Assembly: GCA_021806925.1 (NCBI GenBank)
Contig: JAKAPS010000001.1
Location: 71,040-135,039, forward strand
DNA: 64,000 nucleotides
Source: a bacterium
GTDB lineage: Bacteria; Patescibacteriota; Dojkabacteria; JAKAPS01
Direction: 5' to 3'
In this document: in pieces, positions 10,353 through 20,808 of the stretch
Layout: each line of letters starts with the position of its first letter
Numbering within the stretch: the stretch's first letter is position 1
The notes under the pieces: generated by a model
Seen by the model: only the letters and a program-made list of their open reading frames with translations
Told to the model about the DNA's origin: nothing
Databases searched by the model: none
Made by a program: the position numbers and the translations under genes

Positions 10353-11264
10353 TCAAACAGGATTTCTAGTGGTTTCCGCTGTCTTCCAGATGTGATGGTC
10401 TATCTTCCTTTTATAATCCCTTTTACCTAACCATCTGCTATACATTTCTGTTAGGATTGTAAATATAGTGAAGATAGAGTTTCTTATTGGATGTTTTCTA
10501 AATTCCTTACTAGGAAGAATCTTTTTGAATATTAAAGATATTATCCTTGTTACTCCAAGTGTAGAAACTCTGTAGCTATATTCTTTTTTAGCTGACATAT
10601 GACCTGCGTAAATTCTTCTTCTTTGAGATATGAACTCAGCAACAGTCTCTGGCCCTTTATTCTTAATAATTGCTTTAGGAACATATTTTGCAGTATACCC
10701 TTGCCCTTTTATTAATGCCTCTATATTAACTTCATCTACTGCACTTAAAATAGGGATACCCTCAAATTTTTTTCTAAAACAAATCACCTCACCCATTTTA
10801 GGATCTTTAAGAGATATTTCATGATGCAAAGTCCACATCATCCACACCATATAACCTGTCAACGACTCAGTCTTGTTTACTGGAACAGGGTGAGATCCAG
10901 TTATACCAATTTTCTTATCGAAAAATGGTGAAACTAGATGCTCTATAGTATTTTTTAAAGGAACTGTATCAGCACTTTCAAGAACAACAATATCTTCCTT
11001 CGCTTTTTCAACTAATAGATTGACTGCACTAGCTTTTCCTTTCCTATTTATCTGAGTAATTAATTTTATCCTACTGTCATATCTTGATTCTCTCAATACT
11101 ATTCTATCTGTGTTGTCAGTACTTCCTGAAGAAATTACAATAATTTCTGTAATAGAAACATTCTTCAATTTTTGTTTTTCAATAGCCCTCAAAAGCCTTA
11201 GAATATTACGTTCTTCATTATGAGCTGTTATTCCTACGGAACAATATATTTTTCCTTTTCTCAT
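10353..11264 (-). CDS. Family 2 glycosyltransferase
   Basis: ITAHNEE, SGSTDNT, GKASAVN, ESADT, QRRRIY (QxxRW-like). Confidence 0.9.
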   Translation of the reverse strand: MRKGKIYCSVGITAHNEERNILRLLRAIEKQKLKNVSITEIIVISSGSTDNTDRIVLRESRYDSRIKLITQINRKGKASAVNLLVEKAKEDIVVLESADTVPLKNTIEHLVSPFFDKKIGITGSHPVPVNKTESLTGYMVWMMWTLHHEISLKDPKMGEVICFRKKFEGIPILSAVDEVNIEALIKGQGYTAKYVPKAIIKNKGPETVAEFISQRRRIYAGHMSAKKEYSYRVSTLGVTRIISLIFKKILPSKEFRKHPIRNSIFTIFTILTEMYSRWLGKRDYKRKIDHHIWKTAETTRNPV

Positions 11265-11299
11265 TTATGATAATATGTATTTGTTAAACTTATAATACG

Positions 11300-13597
11300 G
11301 TGAAAAATTATTTGAGTCAACAATCAATTAGGAACATTAGAATAACAAAAAGAAACGTTATTAGTTTTTTCATTTTCTTTTTCGTTCTTGTAATTTATTC
11401 TATTACATTACCACTCCATCATACTGGATTTGCAGACAGTGATGAACTAGCTTTAAGTGGGTACTATCTAGGAGTGGCACATGCACCAGGATATCCAATA
11501 TATATTCTTTTATTGTATATATTTGAACACTTTCTACCTCTAAACATAAGTGTATACTCTAAAGGTGGATTTCTAAATTCTGTCATTTCATCTATCACAC
11601 TTGTGTATTTTTTCAATCTATCACTTGAAATATTTTCTTTCTTAAAAATAAAAAGGGTGAGTGAAAAAGTAAAGAAAAAAAAGTACAGGTTTGTAGATTT
11701 TATTGAAGAAGATACACTTAATGAAGATGTAAAAATATTAATTTCACTTGGCACAACACTCTCATTAGCCTTTAGTCTTCTATTCTGGCTGTATTCAATA
11801 ATTCCTGAAGTGTTTTCTTTCAACAACATGCTAATAACCTTAACACTATTCTTTCTATTAAAAACAACACGATATATATTTTACAAGGATTCCGCAGACT
11901 CACAAAGAAAAAGACGTAATATCGTAGAAATAAATTTATGTTTAACATACATTTTCTTTGTATTAGCAATACTTAATTTACAAACATCTGTTGTCTTAGC
12001 ACCAGTTGTAATTCCATATACAATATATATTCTTATTAAGCTTGGATATTTTAAAGAGATTAGTAAAAAAATATATGTATATATATTTTTTATTCCAATT
12101 ATACTCTACTCTGTATATTCCTTCTTATTGTACATGTATTCAAAATATTCAGTAGCTCCATTATCTTGGTATTTGCAGCCTACAATAGGGAATATTTTTA
12201 AATACTTCATGCGAGAGAATTATATTCAAGCAAGTAGTAATAACGCATATATTCATGCGATTAATTTAGCTGAAATATTTCAACAAATACCACTTTATAT
12301 AAAATATGATTTCTATGGAATAGTAATGATTCCATTAATATTATCATTAATAGGCTTTATATTCCTCTTTTTCAGACATAAAAGGTATTTTTTTCTTATT
12401 GGAGGTTCGTTTCTATGTGCATCTGTATTCCTACCTCTATATATTGGATTTCCGCAGGATAAATCTTCACTGGCAATGTACTTTGGAACTATAGCAACCA
12501 GTCAAAGACAAGATATCTTTGGACTATTGTTCATATATCTATTAGCAGGAATTGGTGTATATTCAATATTTCTTCTATTAAAAAGAATACAAATACAATC
12601 AAAAATATATTCATTTAATATTTCTAAATTAATTCGATACATATTTTACGCAATTGTATTGGTATTTCCAATTCTACTTTTAATAGAAACATATCCTCAA
12701 ACAAATTTGAGAAATTTTAATAGTACCTATGACTTTGCGATAGCATCTATCAATGAAACAAAAGGAAACAGTGTGTTAATTTGCTTCTCTGATATATCAT
12801 GTTTTAGTGATCTGTATGCTGAATATATTGATACTAATGTAAGGAAGATAGAGATAATACCATATAACAACGTTATAACCAGTTCATACTATGAGAAGAA
12901 AGGCATCAAAACGGAGCTTTTTAATTATTCAGAAAATCCATATATATTAGAAGATATACTTTCCTACAACATATACATTAGAAAAAATGTATATGTACAG
13001 GATTTAACTAGCGACTATTTATCATACCTTGGGCTTGATGGTAATGCATATTACCTTATACCAAAAGGATACATCTATCTTGTAAGTGATACAATTCCAA
13101 AGTCAAACACAATACAATTTAATTACAATGTTTCAAAGAGGTACAACCAGTCATTCAACACAAATACAAAAAATTATTGGTTTAGGTCATATGAAGACTA
13201 TCTATCAAAACCAATAACTGAAACCAGTTACCTTTATTGGTTTGAAGGAAATAAGGAACTAGCAATAAGATATGAGAATGAAGCAAAGGCATACGATAAA
13301 TACATAACTCAAGGAGCATATATTTCATCGATAAACGAATACACTACTAAAACAAGTCCATTAACTGCAGGAGATACTACAAGAACAAGTAATGAAGATT
13401 ATCTCCTTGCACTAAGTGATGAAGGCAAATACAATAGTTATGTATTTCCATTAATAAAGTTCTCATTATTAAGAAACCCATATAATCTTCCCGCTAGAGT
13501 CCTTATTCAGAAAATCTATTCAACAAGTGGAACAAACTTCACCCAGGTATCTAAAGAGGAAGAGAATAACATCAAGCAATTACAGAAGGCCTTGTAA
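11300..13597 (+). CDS. DUF2723/TMEM260-like GT-C membrane glycosyltransferase, paralog of 2953..5292
   Basis: ADSDELALSGYYLGVAHAPGYPIY, PEVFSFN; C-domain NSVLICFSDISCF and GLDGNAYYLIPKGY match NSIMICFNDTACF and GVYGNPYFTVPYGY of the paralog. Confidence 0.8.
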   Translation: MKNYLSQQSIRNIRITKRNVISFFIFFFVLVIYSITLPLHHTGFADSDELALSGYYLGVAHAPGYPIYILLLYIFEHFLPLNISVYSKGGFLNSVISSITLVYFFNLSLEIFSFLKIKRVSEKVKKKKYRFVDFIEEDTLNEDVKILISLGTTLSLAFSLLFWLYSIIPEVFSFNNMLITLTLFFLLKTTRYIFYKDSADSQRKRRNIVEINLCLTYIFFVLAILNLQTSVVLAPVVIPYTIYILIKLGYFKEISKKIYVYIFFIPIILYSVYSFLLYMYSKYSVAPLSWYLQPTIGNIFKYFMRENYIQASSNNAYIHAINLAEIFQQIPLYIKYDFYGIVMIPLILSLIGFIFLFFRHKRYFFLIGGSFLCASVFLPLYIGFPQDKSSLAMYFGTIATSQRQDIFGLLFIYLLAGIGVYSIFLLLKRIQIQSKIYSFNISKLIRYIFYAIVLVFPILLLIETYPQTNLRNFNSTYDFAIASINETKGNSVLICFSDISCFSDLYAEYIDTNVRKIEIIPYNNVITSSYYEKKGIKTELFNYSENPYILEDILSYNIYIRKNVYVQDLTSDYLSYLGLDGNAYYLIPKGYIYLVSDTIPKSNTIQFNYNVSKRYNQSFNTNTKNYWFRSYEDYLSKPITETSYLYWFEGNKELAIRYENEAKAYDKYITQGAYISSINEYTTKTSPLTAGDTTRTSNEDYLLALSDEGKYNSYVFPLIKFSLLRNPYNLPARVLIQKIYSTSGTNFTQVSKEEENNIKQLQKAL

Positions 13598-13629
13598 TAT
13601 TCATAGTATTGTTATATAACATAGGGGTT

Positions 13630-14754
13630 ATGGCAAAATACGTGGAAAGCATAATTGCTAAAAAAGCTTTGGATCATGTAATGAATGAACAAAAAGAATC
13701 CCAGTCGGATAGCGTTCATAGTAGATCTTTTGATGTGGTAAACTTGACAGAAGGAAAAAAACGTGGAAAAATTGTTCAAATACTTGAATCAATTTATTAT
13801 AAAATACTTGGTAGGCCTGAAGTTGATGATAAAGTACTGTACTACATAGTTTCAGAGCATATGGAGGAAAGCAGTGATAAAAATGTGCTTCCTAGAACAG
13901 TTATTATTACTGAGGATAATAATAGAATGAGAATTGAAATAAGGCCAAGAAGAATAGAGAGAGAAGCAAAAAAACTTATAACAAAGCTTGAACGAAATAA
14001 AATATCGGAGGAAGATAAAGAAATTGTTATTAACTATTTAAATAAAATAGTAAATGAACAAAAAAAACTTTTAAAGGAAAGGAATATAAACCCTGTGAGT
14101 TTTGTTTCTTCACTTTTCTCATATATAGAACATACTACTGAAGAAATTATTACTGAAGATGCATTTAAAGAGTTTAGTATATTTTATCCAGTAATTAAAC
14201 TAATAGGTGAGGTTAAGAAATACGTAAAAAGAAGAAGAGAAATAAAAGCTATAGAATCTAGTGTATCCACAAGTAATGATAATAATAGTGAAAAAATTAA
14301 TGCTAACAAAAAAGCAGAGACTAGCAATTCAAATAGTGCGGACAAATATAATAAAAATAGTTATATTATAGACCAATATAGAAAATCCTTAAAATCCAAG
14401 ATATTTAGGTTTAATCTTATTAGTTTTATTAATACAGCAATTCCTATTGTAGGTATTGCAATTTCGATTGCTAAATTTGCAACATTGACAACATTAATTC
14501 CTACATTATTTATTAGTTCATCACTTCCATTAATTCTTGGTACAGGTTTAATAATGCTAGCTGGAGTTACAATGACTGCATACAATAGCCACTTATATAG
14601 ATCAATTAAAATTGAAACAGAGAGATTAAAGAAAACAAGATTTTTTGAAAAATTAGGCATTCCGTTTGATTTTGAACAAGATGAATACAATGTATTTTTA
14701 ACTAGAATAGTTAGATCTATAATACATGCATTTAGTCACGAACCTAAGAACTAA
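13630..14754 (+). CDS. Hypothetical protein with C-terminal TM hairpin
   Basis: Long ORF; ATG 13630 preceded by AGGGG; charged N-region, hydrophobic C-region. Confidence 0.6.
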   Translation: MAKYVESIIAKKALDHVMNEQKESQSDSVHSRSFDVVNLTEGKKRGKIVQILESIYYKILGRPEVDDKVLYYIVSEHMEESSDKNVLPRTVIITEDNNRMRIEIRPRRIEREAKKLITKLERNKISEEDKEIVINYLNKIVNEQKKLLKERNINPVSFVSSLFSYIEHTTEEIITEDAFKEFSIFYPVIKLIGEVKKYVKRRREIKAIESSVSTSNDNNSEKINANKKAETSNSNSADKYNKNSYIIDQYRKSLKSKIFRFNLISFINTAIPIVGIAISIAKFATLTTLIPTLFISSSLPLILGTGLIMLAGVTMTAYNSHLYRSIKIETERLKKTRFFEKLGIPFDFEQDEYNVFLTRIVRSIIHAFSHEPKN

Positions 14755-14779
14755 CAATATATTAATTATTATATAAACA

Positions 14780-14808
14780 AAGATAGAGGTCATTAAGACC
14801 TCTATCTT
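14780..14808. terminator. Hairpin terminator between convergent genes
   Basis: Perfect 12-bp stem AAGATAGAGGTC-ATTAA-GACCTCTATCTT. Confidence 0.8.
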
Positions 14809-14832
14809 ATTGTCCATACTACAAATTAATCT

Positions 14833-15954
14833 CTAGTATGTTGCAACAGCGTTGTACTGTAATGTACCAGTATAAGTGTCAGCTGGTTGGTACACATCAG
14901 TTTCAACCTGATATGTAATATTTACAGTAGTTCCATTATCTGGAGCAGTTGATTCATCCACTGTGTTATAAGTACTGTCTACTGGTGCCCATTTGCCTGT
15001 TGGCGAAGACCAACCAGAAACCCTAGTATCGCTTGTATTAGCACCAATGAATGATGCTGTTGTAGAACCGGGGGTTGTAAGGTTAGATCCTGTAGGTGCC
15101 GTCCACGCAACTGGTGTAGCCCAAGAAGCACTATTAGCTTCAAATGGTTGAAGAACCTTTCCGCTAGTTCCTGTCATGCCTGTTGTCATAGCCATACTGA
15201 CTGTATAACCGCTTAATGCGTTTGTAGTAACAGTAACAGATTGACCAGCCAAGGCTGATTGGTTAGCAGTGATATTTCCGAATGGAAGTGTGTTGTAAGT
15301 TGAAGTAGCAGTTAAAGTACCACCTGATGTGACAGTTCCTGATGCTAAACCAGCAAGAACCATTGTCAAAGCAGGGTCTACAGTAACAGATGCTGTGGTT
15401 GGAGAAACAAGTTCGTATGACGCAGAACCAGAGTCGACTAGTGTTGTTGTTCCTGTATAGGTAGCAACCCTAGCAAAACATGTACCAGTATTTGCATTAC
15501 TGTTTGCTTCTGTACAACCTGATGCACCACCAATCTGTGGGTTAGTAATTGTTTGGAATGCTACTGTAACAGCAGTACTTCCACCCACGACTTGAGGTGT
15601 AGCGTTTGTAATACTCAATTCACCACCTGATGTACTAGCTAATGACCAACCTGTACCTATACCAGTTGTTGTACTCAACGTTGCACTGGTTAGAACTAAT
15701 CCTGTTGGAACTGTAATACCTCCTGATGGAGTAGTAGCGTATTGAAAGTCAATTACATTAAGAGTAGCACTACTTCCTGTTGTAAATGAAAATGTATAGT
15801 TGGATTGTGTTGACGGCTCAGAATTTGACAAAGTAACACTCTTTGATGTTAATGTTCCTGAAGTCGCAAATGCAGGTGCAAGAGGCAGTAAAGCACCAGC
15901 TATCACTAAAGCAACCATTGAAAAAAATTTGGATAATTTCTTAATTATTGTCAT
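14833..15954 (-). CDS. Secreted Thr/Ser-rich surface protein, probable major subunit (WxL-like C-terminus)
   Basis: Signal peptide ending PAFA; ends QPADTYTGTLQYNAVATY; strong SD and its own terminator. Confidence 0.8.
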   Translation of the reverse strand: MTIIKKLSKFFSMVALVIAGALLPLAPAFATSGTLTSKSVTLSNSEPSTQSNYTFSFTTGSSATLNVIDFQYATTPSGGITVPTGLVLTSATLSTTTGIGTGWSLASTSGGELSITNATPQVVGGSTAVTVAFQTITNPQIGGASGCTEANSNANTGTCFARVATYTGTTTLVDSGSASYELVSPTTASVTVDPALTMVLAGLASGTVTSGGTLTATSTYNTLPFGNITANQSALAGQSVTVTTNALSGYTVSMAMTTGMTGTSGKVLQPFEANSASWATPVAWTAPTGSNLTTPGSTTASFIGANTSDTRVSGWSSPTGKWAPVDSTYNTVDESTAPDNGTTVNITYQVETDVYQPADTYTGTLQYNAVATY

Positions 15955-15967
15955 AAAAAAATTTGTT

Positions 15968-15976
15968 CACCTCCTT
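15968..15976 (-). promoter_or_regulatory. Strong Shine-Dalgarno sequence
   Basis: AAGGAGGTG upstream of ATG 15954. Confidence 0.7.
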
Positions 15977-16081
15977 AAAATGTTCTACATATAGAATAGA
16001 AAGAAAAACATCTGCTTGTCAAGTATTGTTATTTTGCTGTATTCAAAAAGGGAATATCATTTGATATAATTTGAATGAAAA

Positions 16082-17761
16082 GTGAAAAAGATATTAATTG
16101 CAACAGCATGGCCATACGTTAATGGTAAGATACATCTAGGACATGTTACAGGTTGTTTACTTCCAGCTGATATTTTTGCCAGATACAATCGATTAATTGG
16201 TAATGATGTAAAATTTGTTTCAGGAAGTGATATGCATGGAACTCCAACAGCAGTTCTTGCACAAAAAGAAGGTAAGACGCCTATTGAAGTTGCAAATCAT
16301 TTTCACAAACTCGCCCAAGAGACAATAAGAATGTATAATATATCCTTCGATCTTTACACATCAACAGCAACTGATAACCATAAAGAATTAGTTTGGGAAA
16401 TATTTAATAGATTAAAAGAAACAGGGGGAATAATTGAGAAAGAAACTGAACAAACATATTGCGAAAAGGAAGAAAAATTTCTTCCAGATAGATATGTAGA
16501 AGGAGTATGTCCAAAATGCGGATTTACTGGTGCAAGAGGAGATCAATGTGATTCATGTGGAAGTTTACTTGATCCTACAGATTTAATTAACCCTAAATGT
16601 AAAACATGCGGTGAAACTCCAAAAAGAAAGCTTACTAAACACATGTTCTTAGATTTAGAGAAATTATCACCAGCATTATCAAAATATGTTGATTCAAAGA
16701 AGAACATATGGAAAACAAATGTATTTAATTCAACAGAAAGTTGGATAAGTCAAGGGCTAATTCCAAGAGCTATTACAAGAGACATGGATTATGGAATTCC
16801 AGTACCTCTTGAAGGCTACGAAAAGAAGGTAATATATGTCTGGATGGAAGCATTACTTGGTTACCTAAGTGCTCCTAAAGAATTAGGTGAAGAAGTGTAT
16901 AAGAAATATTGGTATGATAAAACAAGTGAAATTTACATTTTCATAGGGAAAGATAACATCCCTTTCCATACAGTTATACTTCCTGGCCTCCTTTTAGGAT
17001 TGAACGACGATAAAATTAACTTGCCTACAAATATTGTCTCAAATGAATTCCTAAATTTAAATAACGATAAGTTCTCAAAGAGCAGAAACAACTTTATTGA
17101 AGCTGATTACATTGTCAGTAAATATGGAACTGACATTGCAAGAGCATATTTAATATTAATTATGCCAGAATATAGCGATAGTAATTTCACATGGGAAAAT
17201 TTTGAAGAAAATATAAACGGTTCATTGATTGACAATCTAGGCAATATGGTAAATAGAACCCTTGTATTCCTAAAAAATATTTCTAAGAAGAATCCTAATA
17301 TAACTGAATCAACGTTTAATAATTTATCCATATCAAAGGATATTGAGAAGATGATTAATGAAACTTATTTTAATATATCAGAATATTTAGATGGATCAGC
17401 TGGTAATAACTTGAAAAAGGATGATGATGATTCAAAAACAAAAAAGATATCATTCTCTTTAGCATTCAAAGAAATATTTATATTATCAAAAGAAGCTAAC
17501 AAATACTTTGATACCAAGAAGCCATGGAAAGATGACGCACCAAATCAGACAATATATGACATGATTCAAATCATTTTCAATATAGCTATAATGTTATCAA
17601 TATTTCTACCTGAAACTAAAGATAGGATATTCAGCCTATTAGGTTGTGAAAGCAAAACAATTAATGGTTTTGAATTCCAGGAATTAAAAGAAATTCACAT
17701 ACCGGACAACATAGAAGTACTTTTCAAAAAAATAGATATTGATGAAAATATAGATATATAA
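16082..17761 (+). CDS. metG: Methionine--tRNA ligase
   Basis: ATAWPYVNGKIHLGH, GSDMHG, Zn knuckles, KFSKS. Confidence 0.97.
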   Translation: MKKILIATAWPYVNGKIHLGHVTGCLLPADIFARYNRLIGNDVKFVSGSDMHGTPTAVLAQKEGKTPIEVANHFHKLAQETIRMYNISFDLYTSTATDNHKELVWEIFNRLKETGGIIEKETEQTYCEKEEKFLPDRYVEGVCPKCGFTGARGDQCDSCGSLLDPTDLINPKCKTCGETPKRKLTKHMFLDLEKLSPALSKYVDSKKNIWKTNVFNSTESWISQGLIPRAITRDMDYGIPVPLEGYEKKVIYVWMEALLGYLSAPKELGEEVYKKYWYDKTSEIYIFIGKDNIPFHTVILPGLLLGLNDDKINLPTNIVSNEFLNLNNDKFSKSRNNFIEADYIVSKYGTDIARAYLILIMPEYSDSNFTWENFEENINGSLIDNLGNMVNRTLVFLKNISKKNPNITESTFNNLSISKDIEKMINETYFNISEYLDGSAGNNLKKDDDDSKTKKISFSLAFKEIFILSKEANKYFDTKKPWKDDAPNQTIYDMIQIIFNIAIMLSIFLPETKDRIFSLLGCESKTINGFEFQELKEIHIPDNIEVLFKKIDIDENIDI

Positions 17762-17790
17762 ATATATATTATTAATTTATACTAAAATAT

Positions 17791-18564
17791 ATGCTAATTG
17801 ATACTCATGCTCATATTCAAGAATTTTCAGATGATGAAATAAGACATATACAGAAATCCATGTATGTTATTAATATTGCATGTTCTATAGAGGAAATAGA
17901 GCGAACAGTTGATATATCAGAAAAATTCAAAAATATAAAATACTCACTTGGACTTCATCCAGAGTTGATAACAAACACAATAAGTTATGAGGAAATTGAT
18001 AATATGATTTCAGAATTTAAAAAACTTGTTAATAAACATATGCCCATTGCAATAGGTGAAATAGGATATAACTTTGGAAAAACAGAAGATAACACCCTAG
18101 AAAAGCAAACATATCTTTTTGAAAAATTACTCAGTTTTTCAACTTCACTAAAATTACCAGCAATAATCCACTGTAGAGAAAATTGGAAAGAGTTGTTAGC
18201 AACATTTAGTAGGTTAAATAGTTCTTCTGGCGGTGTAATTCATAGTATAGATACTGACAAATTAAACTTAACTAAATTGCTTGATTTAGGATTTTATGTT
18301 TCATTGAACGGAATATCCACATTCAAGAGTGCAAATAGTATTCGCGGATTGATAAAATTTATCCCTCTTGATAGATTGTTAATAGAGACTGACTCACCTT
18401 TTCTTTCACCTGAACCAGTTAGAGGTAAACAAAATACTCCGCTAAATATAGACTATATTTATTCATTTCTCGCAAATGAATTTAATATAACAAAAGAAAA
18501 ATTAATAAATACTGTACTTATAAATTCAGAAAATCTATTCAAATTCCCTAAGAATACTTTTTAA
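17791..18564 (+). CDS. tatD: TatD family nuclease
   Basis: IDTHAH, GLHP, AIGEIG, IHCRE, IETDSPFL. Confidence 0.93.
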   Translation: MLIDTHAHIQEFSDDEIRHIQKSMYVINIACSIEEIERTVDISEKFKNIKYSLGLHPELITNTISYEEIDNMISEFKKLVNKHMPIAIGEIGYNFGKTEDNTLEKQTYLFEKLLSFSTSLKLPAIIHCRENWKELLATFSRLNSSSGGVIHSIDTDKLNLTKLLDLGFYVSLNGISTFKSANSIRGLIKFIPLDRLLIETDSPFLSPEPVRGKQNTPLNIDYIYSFLANEFNITKEKLINTVLINSENLFKFPKNTF

Positions 18565-18988
18565 GAGCATCGTTATGAGTTGATATGTACATCTCTGGAA
18601 GCAATTGCGTTAATGATGATATTTTCTTATTATCATTGTCGCCAATAGAAATTATCGATATATCTTTTCCAGTTATTTGATAAAATGTTGATATGTATTG
18701 TAGACACACTCCGCATGGGAATGTAGGTCTATTAAATGCTACTACAACAGCTTTAAACTTATATTCTCCGTTACTAATTGCATTATTAATTGCACTTCTC
18801 TCAGCACAAGTTCCAAGACCTGAAATGAAAGTTTCAACACTACAACCAGAATATATTTTATCTGTATAAGTTACAACACTAGCACCCACTGGAAATCTAA
18901 GATTAAGCGTAAATGCATTGTTCTTTGCAATTCTTGCTTTCTTTATTGCTTCTGCTACAATATCATCACTCAAAAATATATCATCCAT
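18548..18988 (-). CDS. cdd: Cytidine deaminase
   Basis: FPVGASV, TCAERSAI, PCGVC. Confidence 0.88.
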   Translation of the reverse strand: MDDIFLSDDIVAEAIKKARIAKNNAFTLNLRFPVGASVVTYTDKIYSGCSVETFISGLGTCAERSAINNAISNGEYKFKAVVVAFNRPTFPCGVCLQYISTFYQITGKDISIISIGDNDNKKISSLTQLLPEMYISTHNDALKKYS

Positions 18989-19123
18989 AGTAATTTATTA
19001 ATTATATCAGTTGGAGAAAATACTTTACAACCTAGAACAATTTCTACATTAAAAAAATACTGATTCTATTGCATTCTTTTACAATATATAATTATACAGT
19101 ATAATTGCAAGTGTTAATGTGTT

Positions 19124-19996
19124 CTACCCATTCCTGGAAGCATATATATCCCATGATAGGAATCCATATTTCTTAAAGAATCCAGATGAAAATATCTTAT
19201 TTGTTATATCACGTTTCATTTTGAAATCAAGCATTTTTACGTATTTGTAAAAGATACTCAGTTCCTCATATGAAATAGGTGTATATGTTTCAGGTAAATA
19301 TCCATCACCTTCTCCAAAACTATGCAAATAATCATCTACAAGTTTCTTTTCACTATTATTTAAATGTTTAAAATCACTATGTATAGTTCCTGCTTCCAAT
19401 CCCATTATTGTATATATTTTTGAATATTTTCTATCAACTGTTTTAAGATACCTCTCCTGGGTTATAACTTCATGAGATAATATATTATCAGAATGAATTA
19501 CATTATCTGATTCATACATGTTTCTTTTAAATATTATTGTTTCATGAGGTGAATTCTGTCCTCTAGTTATATCTTGAGTATCAAAACCATAACCTACTAT
19601 TTCACAATATATTTCATCCTCCTCAAATAAAGCTAACATACTATGTGGCTGAGTATATCTATTATTTGAAATAAGGACTAATGCTATAACTGGAGGTACT
19701 AGTAATTTTTCTAATTCCTTAATTCTATCAAGTTCAATATTTAAGGATAATAATTTTGAATGGTCAGCTACATTTGTGCTATCAAATCTTACACTTACAA
19801 GTTTGAAGTTATTATCATTAGCCCATTTATTAATTTCATTTATGTTTTCTTCTCCAAAGTTATTAACTACAATACCTTGCAATACAGGAAGCCCAAGCTC
19901 TTCAAGTCTAACAATACTCATGAGTTTATTATATTCTGGATATGCTTTTTTTAACTTCTCAATCTCGTTTATATATATGTACTTCCTATTACTCAT
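19124..19996 (-). CDS. Hypothetical protein, possible divergent PPDK/PEP-synthase N-terminal ATP-grasp domain
   Basis: LEELGLPVLQGIVV, LVSVRFDS, CEIVGYGFDTQDITRGQNSPHE. Confidence 0.45.
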   Translation of the reverse strand: MSNRKYIYINEIEKLKKAYPEYNKLMSIVRLEELGLPVLQGIVVNNFGEENINEINKWANDNNFKLVSVRFDSTNVADHSKLLSLNIELDRIKELEKLLVPPVIALVLISNNRYTQPHSMLALFEEDEIYCEIVGYGFDTQDITRGQNSPHETIIFKRNMYESDNVIHSDNILSHEVITQERYLKTVDRKYSKIYTIMGLEAGTIHSDFKHLNNSEKKLVDDYLHSFGEGDGYLPETYTPISYEELSIFYKYVKMLDFKMKRDITNKIFSSGFFKKYGFLSWDIYASRNG

Positions 19997-20002
19997 ATCT
20001 AT

Positions 20003-20031
20003 ATGTTAGAACAAAACATATATACTATCAA
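20003..20031 (-). promoter_or_regulatory. Leaderless sigma70 promoter
   Basis: TTGATA-17nt-TAACAT, 6 nt before ATG 19996. Confidence 0.55.
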
Positions 20032-20159
20032 TCCTATAGCAATTTACCTGTATTTTTATTTGCTTAGCTTATTTATTCTTTTTGTTTTATTATTATTCTT
20101 TTTCTTTTATTATTATTTTTTTTCCTATCTTATTAGTTTATTTATTTTGTATTGCATAT

Positions 20160-20399
20160 CTATACAATAACACCGATAAAAGCAATAAGTTCCAATACTA
20201 CAAATAGGATTAAGCTGCTGTAGAAAAAGCTCCTAAATAAAGGACCATCAATATTATTTTTAATATCTAATATCTTTTTATTTCTAGAAAATATTCTTAG
20301 AAGTATATTAAATAAAATATATAATATATAGACAACAAACAAAGATAATACCCCAATCATTGAGGTAACTAATATAATCTGACTTATTGATTTCAGCAT
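20160..20399 (-). CDS. Small two-TM membrane protein
   Basis: Two hydrophobic segments; co-oriented with neighbours. Confidence 0.55.
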   Translation of the reverse strand: MLKSISQIILVTSMIGVLSLFVVYILYILFNILLRIFSRNKKILDIKNNIDGPLFRSFFYSSLILFVVLELIAFIGVIV

Positions 20400-20459
20400 A
20401 TCAATATATGTTGTAATTATAACAAAGTTTACCTTTTACTGTTTTTATACGTGTAGCAC

Positions 20460-20771
20460 CTACTTTTTATTCTTTATATTCTTTCTCTTTTCACCCCAAA
20501 ACCCCCGTATGGTATTGTATTTTTTTCTAATAGATTCGACAGCTTCAATTGTCCCCTCAATAGTTTTGCCTGCTTCTTTTGCACTAAATACAATAGAATC
20601 AACAAATTCCTGTTCCTTTATTAAGTTATCTGTAACTGTATTTATATTTTTTAAAACACTAATAAGTTCAGTTGCCAAACTTTTAAGGATAACAATAACT
20701 TCTATTAAAAAGAATATTATAACTGCAAAGATAAATATTTCTAATATTCTTATTACAATTTCGTATATCAT
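20460..20771 (-). CDS. DUF948/YoxC-like TM plus coiled-coil protein
   Basis: N-terminal TM, heptad region, basic tail. Confidence 0.55.
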   Translation of the reverse strand: MIYEIVIRILEIFIFAVIIFFLIEVIVILKSLATELISVLKNINTVTDNLIKEQEFVDSIVFSAKEAGKTIEGTIEAVESIRKKYNTIRGFWGEKRKNIKNKK

Positions 20772-20808
20772 GTGTTTACTAAATAATAGTTTATTTTATA
20801 TATATTGT

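Noticed and set aside
20045-20155. T-rich tract with an imperfect 20-bp tandem duplication
   Set aside because: Low-complexity intergenic DNA expected at this AT content; only two copies
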